From contig CP166615.1 of the NCBI GenBank assembly GCA_041937175.2, forward strand, positions 4,064,001 to 4,128,000: a stretch of DNA of 64,000 bases, read 5' to 3'. The stretch comes from Limnothrix sp. BL-A-16 (lineage in GTDB: Bacteria > Cyanobacteriota > Cyanobacteriia > CACIAM-69d). Position 1 is the stretch's first letter. Each line of letters opens with the position of its first letter. The notes below the pieces were generated by a model. The model ran no database searches. It saw only the letters and a program-made list of their open reading frames with translations, and had not been told where the DNA came from. A program made the position numbers and the translations under genes. Positions 19,359 through 28,894 of this stretch are shown one piece after another.

Positions 19359-20117
19359 GTGAACGAAATCCGCACCGTTTCAGAAACCAAACGCACCTTC
19401 TATTCGCTCCACCAACGGCCGATCAACGCGATCTACCGACGAGTGGTTGAGGAATTGATGGTGGAAATGCACCTGCTATCCGTCAGCGTCGATTTCCGCT
19501 TCGAGTCCATCTATGCCCTCGGGGTGGTGACGGCGTTCGATCGCTTCATGGCAGGCTACCAGCCCGATCGGGACTTGGGTTCCATCTTCAACGCGCTCTG
19601 TCAGTCCGTGGGCGGCAACGTAGACGACTATCGCCACCGGGCCGATCGCCTGTTGGAAGCGGCAAAAGTTGCCAGTGCCGACGACCTGGCCGCCGCGATC
19701 AACCGGGCCGAGGGCAGTGGCGGGGCCTTGCGCGAAGCCGCCGATGTGCTCGCCAATGGTCAACCTTTCAAATACAGCCGCCTGTTTGGGATTGGGCTAT
19801 ATACCCTGCTCGAGTCCACCACCTCTGACCTGGCTGGCAATGCCGAGCAGATCAAAGCGTGGATCGATCGCCTAGGGACAACCCTCAACCTCCCGATCGA
19901 GAAGCTGCAAAAGGATCTGGAACTATATCGCGGCAACCTGGAGAAAATCGCCCAGGCTCGAATCACCTACGAAGACATGCTGGAGGCCGAACGCCGCAAA
20001 CGCGAACAACGGGCCCTGGAAAAAGCCGCCGCCGCCGAAGCCAAAGCCGCCAGCGAAACCGCCAGCGAAACCGCCAGCGAGTCGAATGCTGCCCCTTCGT
20101 CTGCCGACCCCAGCTAA
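19359..20117 (+). CDS. thf1: Thylakoid formation protein Thf1/Psb29
   Basis: RTVSETKRTFY, IYRRVVEELMVEMHLL, FKYSRLFGIGL, KDLELYRGNLEK. Confidence 0.95.
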   Translation: MNEIRTVSETKRTFYSLHQRPINAIYRRVVEELMVEMHLLSVSVDFRFESIYALGVVTAFDRFMAGYQPDRDLGSIFNALCQSVGGNVDDYRHRADRLLEAAKVASADDLAAAINRAEGSGGALREAADVLANGQPFKYSRLFGIGLYTLLESTTSDLAGNAEQIKAWIDRLGTTLNLPIEKLQKDLELYRGNLEKIAQARITYEDMLEAERRKREQRALEKAAAAEAKAASETASETASESNAAPSSADPS

Positions 20118-20155
20118 GTTCCTCGAACTTTCCGAGCTTCCCGCCAACTTTAATG

Positions 20156-20191
20156 AAGGGGCCTAGACCGCGCATGGTTTCTGGGCCCCTT
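20156..20191 (+). terminator. Hairpin downstream of thf1
   Basis: AAGGGGCCTAGA...TCTGGGCCCCTT inverted repeat; weak U tail. Confidence 0.5.
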
Positions 20192-20305
20192 CCGGGTTTT
20201 CAAGGGCCAGCCTGATCGCATCGGTTGCGATCGACGGTTGGCAATCCAGGCGATCGGCTCAGATCGGTAAGATAAGCGATAGGTATTTTAGGCCCCGACT
20301 CCCCA

Positions 20306-23300
20306 ATGACCCCGGACGATCGCGATCGCGTTGCGGCATTCCTCAAAAAATGGCAAGGCTCGGAAGGCAACGAACGGGCGAATTATCAATCATTCTTTGG
20401 GGATTGGTGTCGGGCCTTGGGTGTCGAAGAACCACCGCCCAAGGGAACCGTTCCCGGCGATCCCTACTGCTTCGACAAGGACATTAAGTTCTACAGCGAC
20501 AAGGCCGAATCCACGCGGTTTGCGGATTTTTATAAGGCTGGTTGTTTCCTGATTGAAGCCAAGCAGGGCAGCGATTCTTCGGCCAAAGGCCATGGAAAAC
20601 GGGGCACGAAGATCTATCGCGACAACCTGCAAAAGGCTTTTAACCAAGCGAAATCCTACGCCTACAACCGAATGCTGGGATCGTTGCCGCCATTTTTGAT
20701 GGTGTGCGACATCGGCTCCCATTTCGAGATTTGGCAAGGGTTCAGCGGCGAATATGGCGGCTATGGGGCGCGGGAAACGGTCAACCTGGCGGACTTGGCC
20801 CAGCCGGAGGTGTTCGATCGCTTCGTCAAAATCTTCACGGATCCGCAGGCGCTGAACCCCGAAAAGCTGCGGGCGCGGGTGACTCGGGAAGTGGCGGCGG
20901 AGTTGGCCAAGCTGTCGCGTTGGCTGGAGGAGCAGGGCCACGATCCCCAGGCAACGGCGAGTTTCCTGATGCGCTGCATTTTCACGATGTTTGCGGAGGA
21001 TGTGGCGCTGCTGAAGGGGGAGGTGTTCACGAAGGCGCTGCGCGATCGCTGGATTCCCAACCCGGCGACCTTTAAGCCGGAAATTGAATCCCTATGGGAA
21101 ACGATGAATCGGGGTGGCTCCTTCGGTTTCGAGAAGGTGCTGAAGTTTAACGGCAGTTTTTTTGAGAATGCGACGGCGATCGCCCTGCCCAAGGAACAAC
21201 TAGAAATCCTGTACGCGGCGGTGGCGAAGGATTGGAGCCAGGTGGAGCCAGCGATTTTTGGCACGTTGTTGGAGCGGGCGCTGGACAAGGCGGAGCGCAG
21301 CCGGTTGGGGGCGCACTACACGCCGCGATCGTATGTGGAGCGGTTGGTGCGGCCGGTGGTGATGGAGCCGTTGCGATCGCAGTGGGAGGCGATCGAGTTG
21401 GAGGTGAAGCGGCTGTTGGATGGCAGTGCGGGGGCGGTGGTGAAGGCGGTGGCAGAAATTCAGGGGTTTTTGGAGCAGTTGCGATCGATTCGGATTCTCG
21501 ATCCGGCCTGTGGGACGGGGAATTTTTTGTATGTGTCGTTGGATTTGCTGAAGGGTTTGGAGCAGGAGGTTTTGACGCGGCTGGTGGATGTGGCGGGAGA
21601 GGTGCAACTGAATGTCTTGGAGCAGGTGAATCCGTCGCAATTTTTAGGAATTGAAATTAATCCTCGGGCCAAGGAAATTGCAGAGTTAGTAATTTGGATT
21701 GGCTATTTGCAGTGGCATTTCAAGCGGTTTGGCAATGCGGAGCCATCCATGCCTGTTTTACGAGCATTTGACAATATCGAATGTCGCGATGCGGTGCTGG
21801 CCTATGACGGGATAGAGCCAGATATTGACCCGAAAACGGGGCAGGTGCGAACTCGTTGGGGTGGCAAGATGATGACTCACCCAGTAACAGGACAGGAAGT
21901 TCCTGATCTGACTAATCAAGTAGTGATCTATCGCTATCGAAATCCACGTCCCTCTGAATGGCCAAACAGCGATTACATCGTTTCTAATCCGCCTTTTATT
22001 GGCAATGCCAGAATGCGCGAAAAGCTGGGCGATGGCTATACAGAAACTCTTCGGCAAGCCTATGCCGATGTGCCCGACACAGTTGATTTTGTCATGTATT
22101 GGTGGTACAAAGCAGCGGATCTTGCTATTAAAAATCAAACAGGTACTTTTGGCTTAATTACAACTAACAGTATTAATCAGCCCAGATTGCGATGCGTCCT
22201 TGAAAAGCAATTTCAAAAAGCCCCAGATCTGCAATTGAAATTTGTGATTCCTGATCATCCCTGGGTTGATGATGGTGCTGATGTTCGCATTGCTATGACT
22301 GCCTGTCAGCTAAATCCGACGACTCAGAGTTTAGGTTCAGTCATCAGCGAAACGGAATCGTTAGACCGGGACTTCTCAGAAGTTGTTATTGAATACAAAG
22401 ACACTCAAGCAATTTTTAGTAATCTGCGTGATGATTCCGACTTAGAGCAGATCACTGCCCTTAAATCAAATGAAGGACTTGCTAGCCGAGGAATTATGCT
22501 TGGTGGCAAGGGATTTTTGCTCAAAGATTCGCAGAGAGAACTGATTGAACCAGACTTAATTAAAAGGTATATGAATGGCAGAGATCTTCTTAGGAAATCC
22601 CGAAACCTAGTTGTGATCGATGCATTTGGACTGTCTCAAAGAGAGTTGCAATCAAAATATCCGCGTACCTATGAATGGCTCTTGAATAATGTCAAGCCAG
22701 CAAGGGAAGCGAATAATGATCCAAAACTCAAGAAGGAGTGGTGGCTATATCGTCGATCCAATATTACGATCAGACAAGCTTTGAGCAATCTAAGACGATA
22801 CATTGTAACGGTCGAAACCGCAAAGCATCGAATCTTCTCTTTTGTTGATCGAGATATTATTTGTGACAACAAGATTCTGATCGTTGCCCTAGAAGATTCC
22901 TACGCTTTAGGAATTCTTTCTAGTGCAATTCATATTCGTTGGGCTTTGACGGTTGGTGGGCGACTGGAAGATCGCCCGGTCTATGTCAAAACAACTTGCT
23001 TTGATCCGTTTCCATTTCCTGAGCCAGACGATCGCCTAAAACAAGAAATTCGCGAACTGGGCGATCGGCTCGATGCCCATCGCAAAACCGTGCAGGCCAA
23101 CCACCCCGACATCACCATCACCGGGATGTATAACCTGCTCGAAAAACTCCGCGCCGGTCAACCCTTCACCGACAAAGACCGCGAACTGAACGATCGCGCC
23201 CTCGTCTCCACCCTCAAACAAATTCACGACGACCTCGATCGCGCCGTCTTCCGCGCCTACGGTTGGGACGACCTCATCCCCCTACTGACCACCCACCAGA

Positions 23301-23779
23301 CAAGGGGCTTAAGCCCCTTGCCCCCCACCGACGATCGCCCCTTGCCCCCCGACGAGGAACCCGCCAACGGCCTCGATGAACAAATCCTGGAACGGCTGGT
23401 GAAACTCAACGCCGAACGCGCCGCCGAAGAACGCAACGGCCACATTCGCTGGCTGCGGCCCGACTACCAAGCCCCCGCCACCCAAACCACCCAAACCGCG
23501 ATCGCCAACCTAATCGACAGCCCCGAGCCGATCGTCCCCGCCGCCGAGCCACAGCCCTGGCCCACGCAACCGAAAGCCCAACTCGCCGCCATCCGTGACC
23601 TCCTGCGCAGCAACCCCGGCAACTGGTCGATCGACCAAATCGCCGCCCAATTCAAAGGCAAACCTACCGACAAACGCAAACAGGTAATTCGCGAAAACCT
23701 CGATCGGCTCGAATGGTTTGGCCTCGCCATCCAACAGGAAAATACCTGGCACTACGCCGCCCCTAACCCGATCGCCTAG
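20306..23779 (+). CDS. MmeI-like (Type IIL/IIG) fused restriction endonuclease / N6-adenine DNA methyltransferase
   Basis: N-terminal nuclease FAD...LIEAK, WSQVEPAIFGTLLE, GAHYTP, motif I ILDPACGTGNFL, motif IV NPPF, target-recognition region ending CFDPFPFP. Confidence 0.9.
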   Translation: MTPDDRDRVAAFLKKWQGSEGNERANYQSFFGDWCRALGVEEPPPKGTVPGDPYCFDKDIKFYSDKAESTRFADFYKAGCFLIEAKQGSDSSAKGHGKRGTKIYRDNLQKAFNQAKSYAYNRMLGSLPPFLMVCDIGSHFEIWQGFSGEYGGYGARETVNLADLAQPEVFDRFVKIFTDPQALNPEKLRARVTREVAAELAKLSRWLEEQGHDPQATASFLMRCIFTMFAEDVALLKGEVFTKALRDRWIPNPATFKPEIESLWETMNRGGSFGFEKVLKFNGSFFENATAIALPKEQLEILYAAVAKDWSQVEPAIFGTLLERALDKAERSRLGAHYTPRSYVERLVRPVVMEPLRSQWEAIELEVKRLLDGSAGAVVKAVAEIQGFLEQLRSIRILDPACGTGNFLYVSLDLLKGLEQEVLTRLVDVAGEVQLNVLEQVNPSQFLGIEINPRAKEIAELVIWIGYLQWHFKRFGNAEPSMPVLRAFDNIECRDAVLAYDGIEPDIDPKTGQVRTRWGGKMMTHPVTGQEVPDLTNQVVIYRYRNPRPSEWPNSDYIVSNPPFIGNARMREKLGDGYTETLRQAYADVPDTVDFVMYWWYKAADLAIKNQTGTFGLITTNSINQPRLRCVLEKQFQKAPDLQLKFVIPDHPWVDDGADVRIAMTACQLNPTTQSLGSVISETESLDRDFSEVVIEYKDTQAIFSNLRDDSDLEQITALKSNEGLASRGIMLGGKGFLLKDSQRELIEPDLIKRYMNGRDLLRKSRNLVVIDAFGLSQRELQSKYPRTYEWLLNNVKPAREANNDPKLKKEWWLYRRSNITIRQALSNLRRYIVTVETAKHRIFSFVDRDIICDNKILIVALEDSYALGILSSAIHIRWALTVGGRLEDRPVYVKTTCFDPFPFPEPDDRLKQEIRELGDRLDAHRKTVQANHPDITITGMYNLLEKLRAGQPFTDKDRELNDRALVSTLKQIHDDLDRAVFRAYGWDDLIPLLTTHQTRGLSPLPPTDDRPLPPDEEPANGLDEQILERLVKLNAERAAEERNGHIRWLRPDYQAPATQTTQTAIANLIDSPEPIVPAAEPQPWPTQPKAQLAAIRDLLRSNPGNWSIDQIAAQFKGKPTDKRKQVIRENLDRLEWFGLAIQQENTWHYAAPNPIA
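23296..23326. repeat. REP-like palindrome inside the RM gene coding sequence
   Basis: CAAGGGGCTTAAGCCCCTTG (23301..23320), identical to the palindrome in the intergenic MITEs; translated as TRGLSPL. Confidence 0.9.
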
Positions 23780-23791
23780 GACAACGGCCCC

Positions 23792-24445
23792 ATGACTCCT
23801 AACCCAACCCTCGCTGAAAAACTCACCCTGCGATCGCTTCGGGAACAGTTTGGCCTGACCTACACCGAAGAAGCCACCTTTTTTCCCGAGTGGCGAGGGG
23901 CGATCGACACCCTCCAGCCTGCCGATCGCGATCTTTGTCAGCGGCTGCGGCAACGCTACCGCTACTACCTCGAAAATGATTTGCTGATCGAAGAGGGCAT
24001 CAAAGTGATGTTGGTTGCGCCCTTGCTCGAGGCAGCCGGTTTGTTTGATGCACCGTTTCAAAGTCGGTTTGAGGAACCCGTTGCCTTGGAGCTTGCCAAT
24101 GCTGACGAAGGGGCGATCGTCTATCGGGGCCGTATGGATACTTTAGTGGTGCAAGATCGTCTCTGGATTTTGGTGATTGAGTCCAAACGAATGAGCTTTA
24201 GCTTAGAAAATGGCCTCGCTCAAATCTTGGGGTATATGTTGGCTAATCCCATGCCCGATCGCCCGGTATTTGGATTACTAACCAATGGTGGCCATCATCG
24301 ATTCTTGAAGCTACAGTGCTGCCAAGACCAATGGATCTATGCTGAGTCCGATGAATTTTGGGTGACGCGATCGGGCGATCTTGATCGGGTATTAGCCATC
24401 CTCAAAACCTTGACCACTAACGTTGAGTCGGTTCGTCAGCCGTAA
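23792..24445 (+). CDS. PD-(D/E)xK nuclease-like protein (type I restriction HsdR N-terminal-like family)
   Basis: GRMDTLVV...LVIESKR, AQILGYM, FGLLTNG. Confidence 0.8.
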   Translation: MTPNPTLAEKLTLRSLREQFGLTYTEEATFFPEWRGAIDTLQPADRDLCQRLRQRYRYYLENDLLIEEGIKVMLVAPLLEAAGLFDAPFQSRFEEPVALELANADEGAIVYRGRMDTLVVQDRLWILVIESKRMSFSLENGLAQILGYMLANPMPDRPVFGLLTNGGHHRFLKLQCCQDQWIYAESDEFWVTRSGDLDRVLAILKTLTTNVESVRQP

Positions 24446-24556
24446 TTTTGTGGTTTCGTGAACCCGGCAACTGCCCAAGTTGGCACATGCGCACCAAACC
24501 CCTAGCCGCGATGCCGATATTCTGAGGGCGATGTTGCTATGTCTTGATGAACGCCC

Positions 24557-25429
24557 GTGAGTAGCCCCGACGCGATCGCCGCCCTCGAAGCCGCCAAAGC
24601 CAAAGTCATCGCCGAGTTTGGTGACTGGACGAACCACAATATGCGCCTAGCGGACGGCTGCTACACGATCGCCCCGACCCCGACCCCCTCAGAACCCAAG
24701 CTGCGCCGCATGACCCAAATCGTCATGGACTGGTGTGGTGGCTCCGTAGAAGGGCTGCGGATTCTGGACTTGGCTTGTTTGGAGGGGATGTATGGCCTGG
24801 AGTTGGCCATGCAGGGTGCGCAGGTGGTGGGCATTGAAGGGCGCGAAGCCAACTTGGCCAAAGCTCGCTTCGTGAAAGATAGCCTGGGTCTGACCAACAT
24901 CGACTTTTACTGCGACGACGTGCGCAATCTGTCCGTGGAGCGCTACGGTCACTTCGATGTGGTGCTCTGTTTGGGGATTTATTACCACCTGGATGCGCCG
25001 GACGTGTTCCGGTTCATGGAACAGATCGGCTCCGTTTGCACCAAGCTGGCGATCGTTGATACCCACGTCAGCCGCACCGCTGAAATGCAGCATGACTATG
25101 CGGGGTTGACCCTGGCCTGTTGTCGCTATGTGGAGCACGCGCCGGAAGCTTCCACGGACGATCGCCTGAAAATCCTCTGGGCCTCGCTGGATAACGACTA
25201 CAGCTTTTGGTTAACGCGCCCGTCGTTGTTTAACCTGATGCAACATTGTGGGTTCACGTCGATTTACGAATGCCACTCGCCGCTGGTAGAGAAATTCGAG
25301 CAACTGCGGCGATCGGGGACGGGCGATCGGGCCACCTTCGTCGCCTTCAAGGGCAACCCCGTGGCCCTCAAGGCTTCCGATCTCAGCAACGACAGCCGCC
25401 CCCTGCCCTGGCCGGAAATCCCTCGCTAA
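24557..25429 (+). CDS. Class I SAM-dependent methyltransferase, substrate unknown
   Basis: ILDLACLEG motif I, VVGIEGRE, FDVVLCLGIYYHL. Confidence 0.85.
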   Translation: MSSPDAIAALEAAKAKVIAEFGDWTNHNMRLADGCYTIAPTPTPSEPKLRRMTQIVMDWCGGSVEGLRILDLACLEGMYGLELAMQGAQVVGIEGREANLAKARFVKDSLGLTNIDFYCDDVRNLSVERYGHFDVVLCLGIYYHLDAPDVFRFMEQIGSVCTKLAIVDTHVSRTAEMQHDYAGLTLACCRYVEHAPEASTDDRLKILWASLDNDYSFWLTRPSLFNLMQHCGFTSIYECHSPLVEKFEQLRRSGTGDRATFVAFKGNPVALKASDLSNDSRPLPWPEIPR

Positions 25430-25486
25430 AAGTCCAAGAGAGGAGGAGTCTGGCCCGCTCAGTCGGCGGGCCAATGGGCTAGGCAT

Positions 25487-26125
25487 CTAGCGCCGGTAGT
25501 GCTGTTGGGCCCAGAGGGCCGCTTGGGTGCGATCGGTCACCTGTAGCTCACTCAAAATGCGACTGATGTGGTTTTTGACAGTGCCGTGGGCTAAATACAA
25601 AATCTGGGCGATTTCTTGATTGGTTTTGCCCTCGCCCAGCAGTCTGAGCACGGCCAATTCGCGATCGCTAAAGCGCTGGGTCAGGTCGGCCGGGGTGGTC
25701 GGTGGATGGGTGGTTAAATGCGCAAAAACTTTCGGGGCGATCGTCGGGCCCAGTTGACTATAGCCATGGTGGACGCTGCGAATCGCATCGGCCACTTGTT
25801 TGGAGGGGGCGTTTTTGAGGATATAGCCCAAGGCCCCAGCCTGGAGCGATTGCCAAATATAATCCTCGCGATCGAACGTGGTCAGCACCAAAACTCGGAT
25901 CCAAGGAAATCGCTGATGAATTTCCTGTGTTGCCCGAATCCCATTACAAATGGGCATTTCAATATCCATCAAAATAATATCGGGTTGCTGTTGCTCAGCT
26001 AGGGCGATCGCTGCCTGGCCATTGTCCGCTTGACCCACAATTTCTAGATCCGTTTCTAGGGCTAGCAATGTGGCTAATCCCTGCCGAAATAGATCTTGAT
26101 CATCAACCAATAGCAGCCGAATCAT
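25487..26125 (-). CDS. NarL/LuxR-family response regulator
   Basis: LLVDDQ, DIILMDIEMP, LTTFD, C-terminal HTH TNQEIAQILYLAHGTVKNHIS. Confidence 0.95.
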   Translation of the reverse strand: MIRLLLVDDQDLFRQGLATLLALETDLEIVGQADNGQAAIALAEQQQPDIILMDIEMPICNGIRATQEIHQRFPWIRVLVLTTFDREDYIWQSLQAGALGYILKNAPSKQVADAIRSVHHGYSQLGPTIAPKVFAHLTTHPPTTPADLTQRFSDRELAVLRLLGEGKTNQEIAQILYLAHGTVKNHISRILSELQVTDRTQAALWAQQHYRR

Positions 26126-26131
26126 AGCGGC

Positions 26132-27352
26132 TTAATCCTCAGGGGTTAATCCCCATGATCGGGGAATCGTGATGCTTAGGGTAGTGCCTGTTCCCGGTGT
26201 GCTGGCGATCGCAAACTGTCCACCGAGAAGCTGCACTCGTTCTCGTATGCCGCGCAATCCATAACCGGTTGCGGCCGCGCCCAGATCAAAGCCTTGGCCA
26301 TTGTCCGTAATTTCCAACGTAAGCGTCGATGCTGTGTAGTGGCTCAGCAAATTCACCATCGAGGCCCGCGCATGTTTTTGCACATTGGTTAATGCTTCTT
26401 GAATCATGCAATAAACCTGATGGCTAGTTTGGATATCGATCGCCGGTAGGTTCAATCTTGAGGTAATCACCAGTGATTGGGTGTTGTGAATCTGATTGAT
26501 TAACCGCTGCAAAGCCACATCGAGCTGAAAAGAGGGATCACGGGTGGTTTGAACCGCTTGGTGTACTGCCTCTAAGCATTGACTGGCTAGGGTTTGTGCA
26601 TGGTTGAGGGCGGTGGCCGCTTGATCGCGATCGCGCCCTTGCATCACTTGAACTAGTTCGAGTTGCAGGCGAAGGGTGGTCAGCGCATGGCCCAAGGAGT
26701 CATGAATTTCGCGAGCAATGCGCGATCGCTCCAAATCCGCCGCTAGGGTTTCGATCGCTTGGGCCAGGGCTTCCGATCGTTGGCGGCTGCGACGCTCAGC
26801 CATGATCAAAAAGCCAATCACCATCACCAACGCACTGATGCTGATGTATTCCACTGAACTCGACAAAATAATCGCCTGTGGCTTGTAAATTTCCTCCCAT
26901 TGTTGCGATCGCGTGGTTTCAATGAACAACTTTTCAATGATAGGAATCGTCCACCAGACACAGAGCAAGTAACTAATTCCTGATCCTGTTACGAGATAGA
27001 TAATGGTTTTTCGGTTAAATAAAAAACAACTTTTAATTAAGATTAAATATAGCAACAAATGCAGATCAACTAGTAACAATTGCGCCACTAGCACCATCGA
27101 TATCTCCAATCCAATATAGGTGTATCGCACCCAGTGAGGTTGCTTGATTGGAAAAAACCAACTCAGCAACCAAAAGACGGTGACAAACACCAAAACCTTG
27201 CTGAATAAATCGGGTAAGGTCGGCAATTTATAAAAATACCAATCAATGCCATAGGCCAAGCCATACATTAAGAGCAAGACCCATTCCGCATAGCGCATCA
27301 TGGGCCGTAACTTAAAGAAAGAGGAACCAAAGTAGCTGCGTAGAGCTTTCAT
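26132..27352 (-). CDS. Membrane sensor histidine kinase (HisKA_3 type)
   Basis: Multiple TM segments, ERSRIAREIHDSLGH, QEALTNVQKHA, DNGQGF, GYGLRGIRER; ORF-track start 27427 lies within repeat DNA. Confidence 0.92.
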   Translation of the reverse strand: MKALRSYFGSSFFKLRPMMRYAEWVLLLMYGLAYGIDWYFYKLPTLPDLFSKVLVFVTVFWLLSWFFPIKQPHWVRYTYIGLEISMVLVAQLLLVDLHLLLYLILIKSCFLFNRKTIIYLVTGSGISYLLCVWWTIPIIEKLFIETTRSQQWEEIYKPQAIILSSSVEYISISALVMVIGFLIMAERRSRQRSEALAQAIETLAADLERSRIAREIHDSLGHALTTLRLQLELVQVMQGRDRDQAATALNHAQTLASQCLEAVHQAVQTTRDPSFQLDVALQRLINQIHNTQSLVITSRLNLPAIDIQTSHQVYCMIQEALTNVQKHARASMVNLLSHYTASTLTLEITDNGQGFDLGAAATGYGLRGIRERVQLLGGQFAIASTPGTGTTLSITIPRSWGLTPED

Positions 27353-27380
27353 CCTGCAATGCAGCGGGCAATTCCCACTG

Positions 27381-27578
27381 GAGAACGATTCAAAAGTCTG
27401 CAAAGGGATTTGGGGGATTGTCACCATTTTTTGAGGTAATTCTGAAACGGTTGATCTTCCTTACCCCAATCGTCGTAACAAGGGGCTTAAGCCCCTTGTC
27501 CCCGCGATCCGCTAACGGCAGATCTAGGGTTTTGGGCTAAACGACGACAGATCCTAAGCCCCTTGCTTCCCACGATCG
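27381..27578 (+). mobile_element. Partial composite MITE copy E (inner element 27414..27554)
   Basis: GGGATTGTCACCA...CGACGACAGATCC followed by TAAGCCCCTTG; perfect central palindrome; degenerate outer left TIR GAGAACGATTCAAAAG, no right TIR seen. Confidence 0.7.
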
Positions 27579-27602
27579 GCTAACGGCAGCCCGTAGCAGC
27601 CC

Positions 27603-27623
27603 GTAGGGTGGGCACTGCCCACC
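27603..27623 (+). repeat. GTAG-family REP-like palindrome
   Basis: GTAG followed by GGTGGGCA-C-TGCCCACC; single copy in the window. Confidence 0.65.
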
Positions 27624-27688
27624 TAATAATTGCTTCATGGTATCTGCGATCTGTCGTACCCATCGTGTTAGGTAAAAGCTGTATTTCC

Positions 27689-28894
27689 CTAGGACGTTTT
27701 CAATGCCGTAATCGGGTCAAGCCGGGACGCTTGGCGAGCCGGAACCACCCCAAAAACCAGACCGATCGCACCGGAAATAGCCGTGACCACCACCACGACC
27801 GGCACAGGAACGGTGGGCTTGAAAGGAGTCAAAGTGCCGATCAGGGCCATGCCGCCCGCGCCCAGGGAAATGCCCACGACACCACCGGCCACGGACAAGA
27901 TCGTGGCTTCAATTAAAAACTGCTGCAAGATCGCCTGAGGAGGAGCACCGATCGCCTTGCGGAGACCAATTTCCTGGGTGCGCTCGGCAACGGAAACCAG
28001 CATGATGTTCATGATGCCAATGCCGCCCACCAGCAAGGAAATCCCCGCAATCAAGGTGAGCATTGTTCCCAACGCGCTGGTAATTTGCCCTAACAAATCC
28101 TGAATGGATTTATTTGCCACCACTGAGAAATCCTGTTTGCCATGCAAGCGTGTCAACAGATTTGTGACTTGGAAGGCCGCCGATCGAATTTGGGCTTGGT
28201 CGCGGGCGGTGATCTCAATTTCATCGATCAGCAGTCCTTGGGGGACTCGTCGCCCCACGACTTGATGGGCCATGGTTGTGATTGGAATGAAGGCATTGGC
28301 ATCGGGATTCACACCGAGAAATGCACCTTTTCTTTGGATGATGCCAATGATCTGAAAGCTCTGATAGTTAATTCGGATTTCCTGCCCGATCGGGTTGGTG
28401 CGATCGAACAGTTTCCGGGCCAGCTCCCCACCCAACACCGCCACCTTGCGATCCTGACGTTGGGCAGCCTCATCCCAAAAAATCCCCTGGGCCATGCGAA
28501 TATTCCGCACCTTGAGAAAGTCGGGGGTGACTCCCTGCACCGTTGTCGTCACGGTGCGACTTTGACGACCGATCGCCAAGGAACTCGAAATCGTGGGTGA
28601 CACCCATTGAACGGCCGGTGCTTGGGTGGCAATCAAGTCAGCTTCGGACAACAGCAAGCGCGGCACTTCGCCGGTCAGTTCCTTGCTTTGTTGCTCACTC
28701 AAAAAAACGTACAGGGAGTTTGCACCCAAGGATTCCACCTGGGTGGCGGTGAAATGTTGGGCCCCTTCACCCAGCCCCACGGTGGCCACCACTGAAGCAT
28801 TGCCAATCACGATGCCCAGCATGGTCAGCAGGCTCCGCATTCGATGGCTGACCAAAGTGCCGATCGCCATGTTGAGCGTATCTAGAGGGTTCAT
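27689..28894 (-). CDS. ABC transporter permease, MacB/FtsX family
   Basis: RSLLTMLGIVIG, ISLLVGGIGIMNIMLVSVAERTQEIGLRKAIGA, PARQASRLDPI. Confidence 0.95.
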   Translation of the reverse strand: MNPLDTLNMAIGTLVSHRMRSLLTMLGIVIGNASVVATVGLGEGAQHFTATQVESLGANSLYVFLSEQQSKELTGEVPRLLLSEADLIATQAPAVQWVSPTISSSLAIGRQSRTVTTTVQGVTPDFLKVRNIRMAQGIFWDEAAQRQDRKVAVLGGELARKLFDRTNPIGQEIRINYQSFQIIGIIQRKGAFLGVNPDANAFIPITTMAHQVVGRRVPQGLLIDEIEITARDQAQIRSAAFQVTNLLTRLHGKQDFSVVANKSIQDLLGQITSALGTMLTLIAGISLLVGGIGIMNIMLVSVAERTQEIGLRKAIGAPPQAILQQFLIEATILSVAGGVVGISLGAGGMALIGTLTPFKPTVPVPVVVVVTAISGAIGLVFGVVPARQASRLDPITALKTS

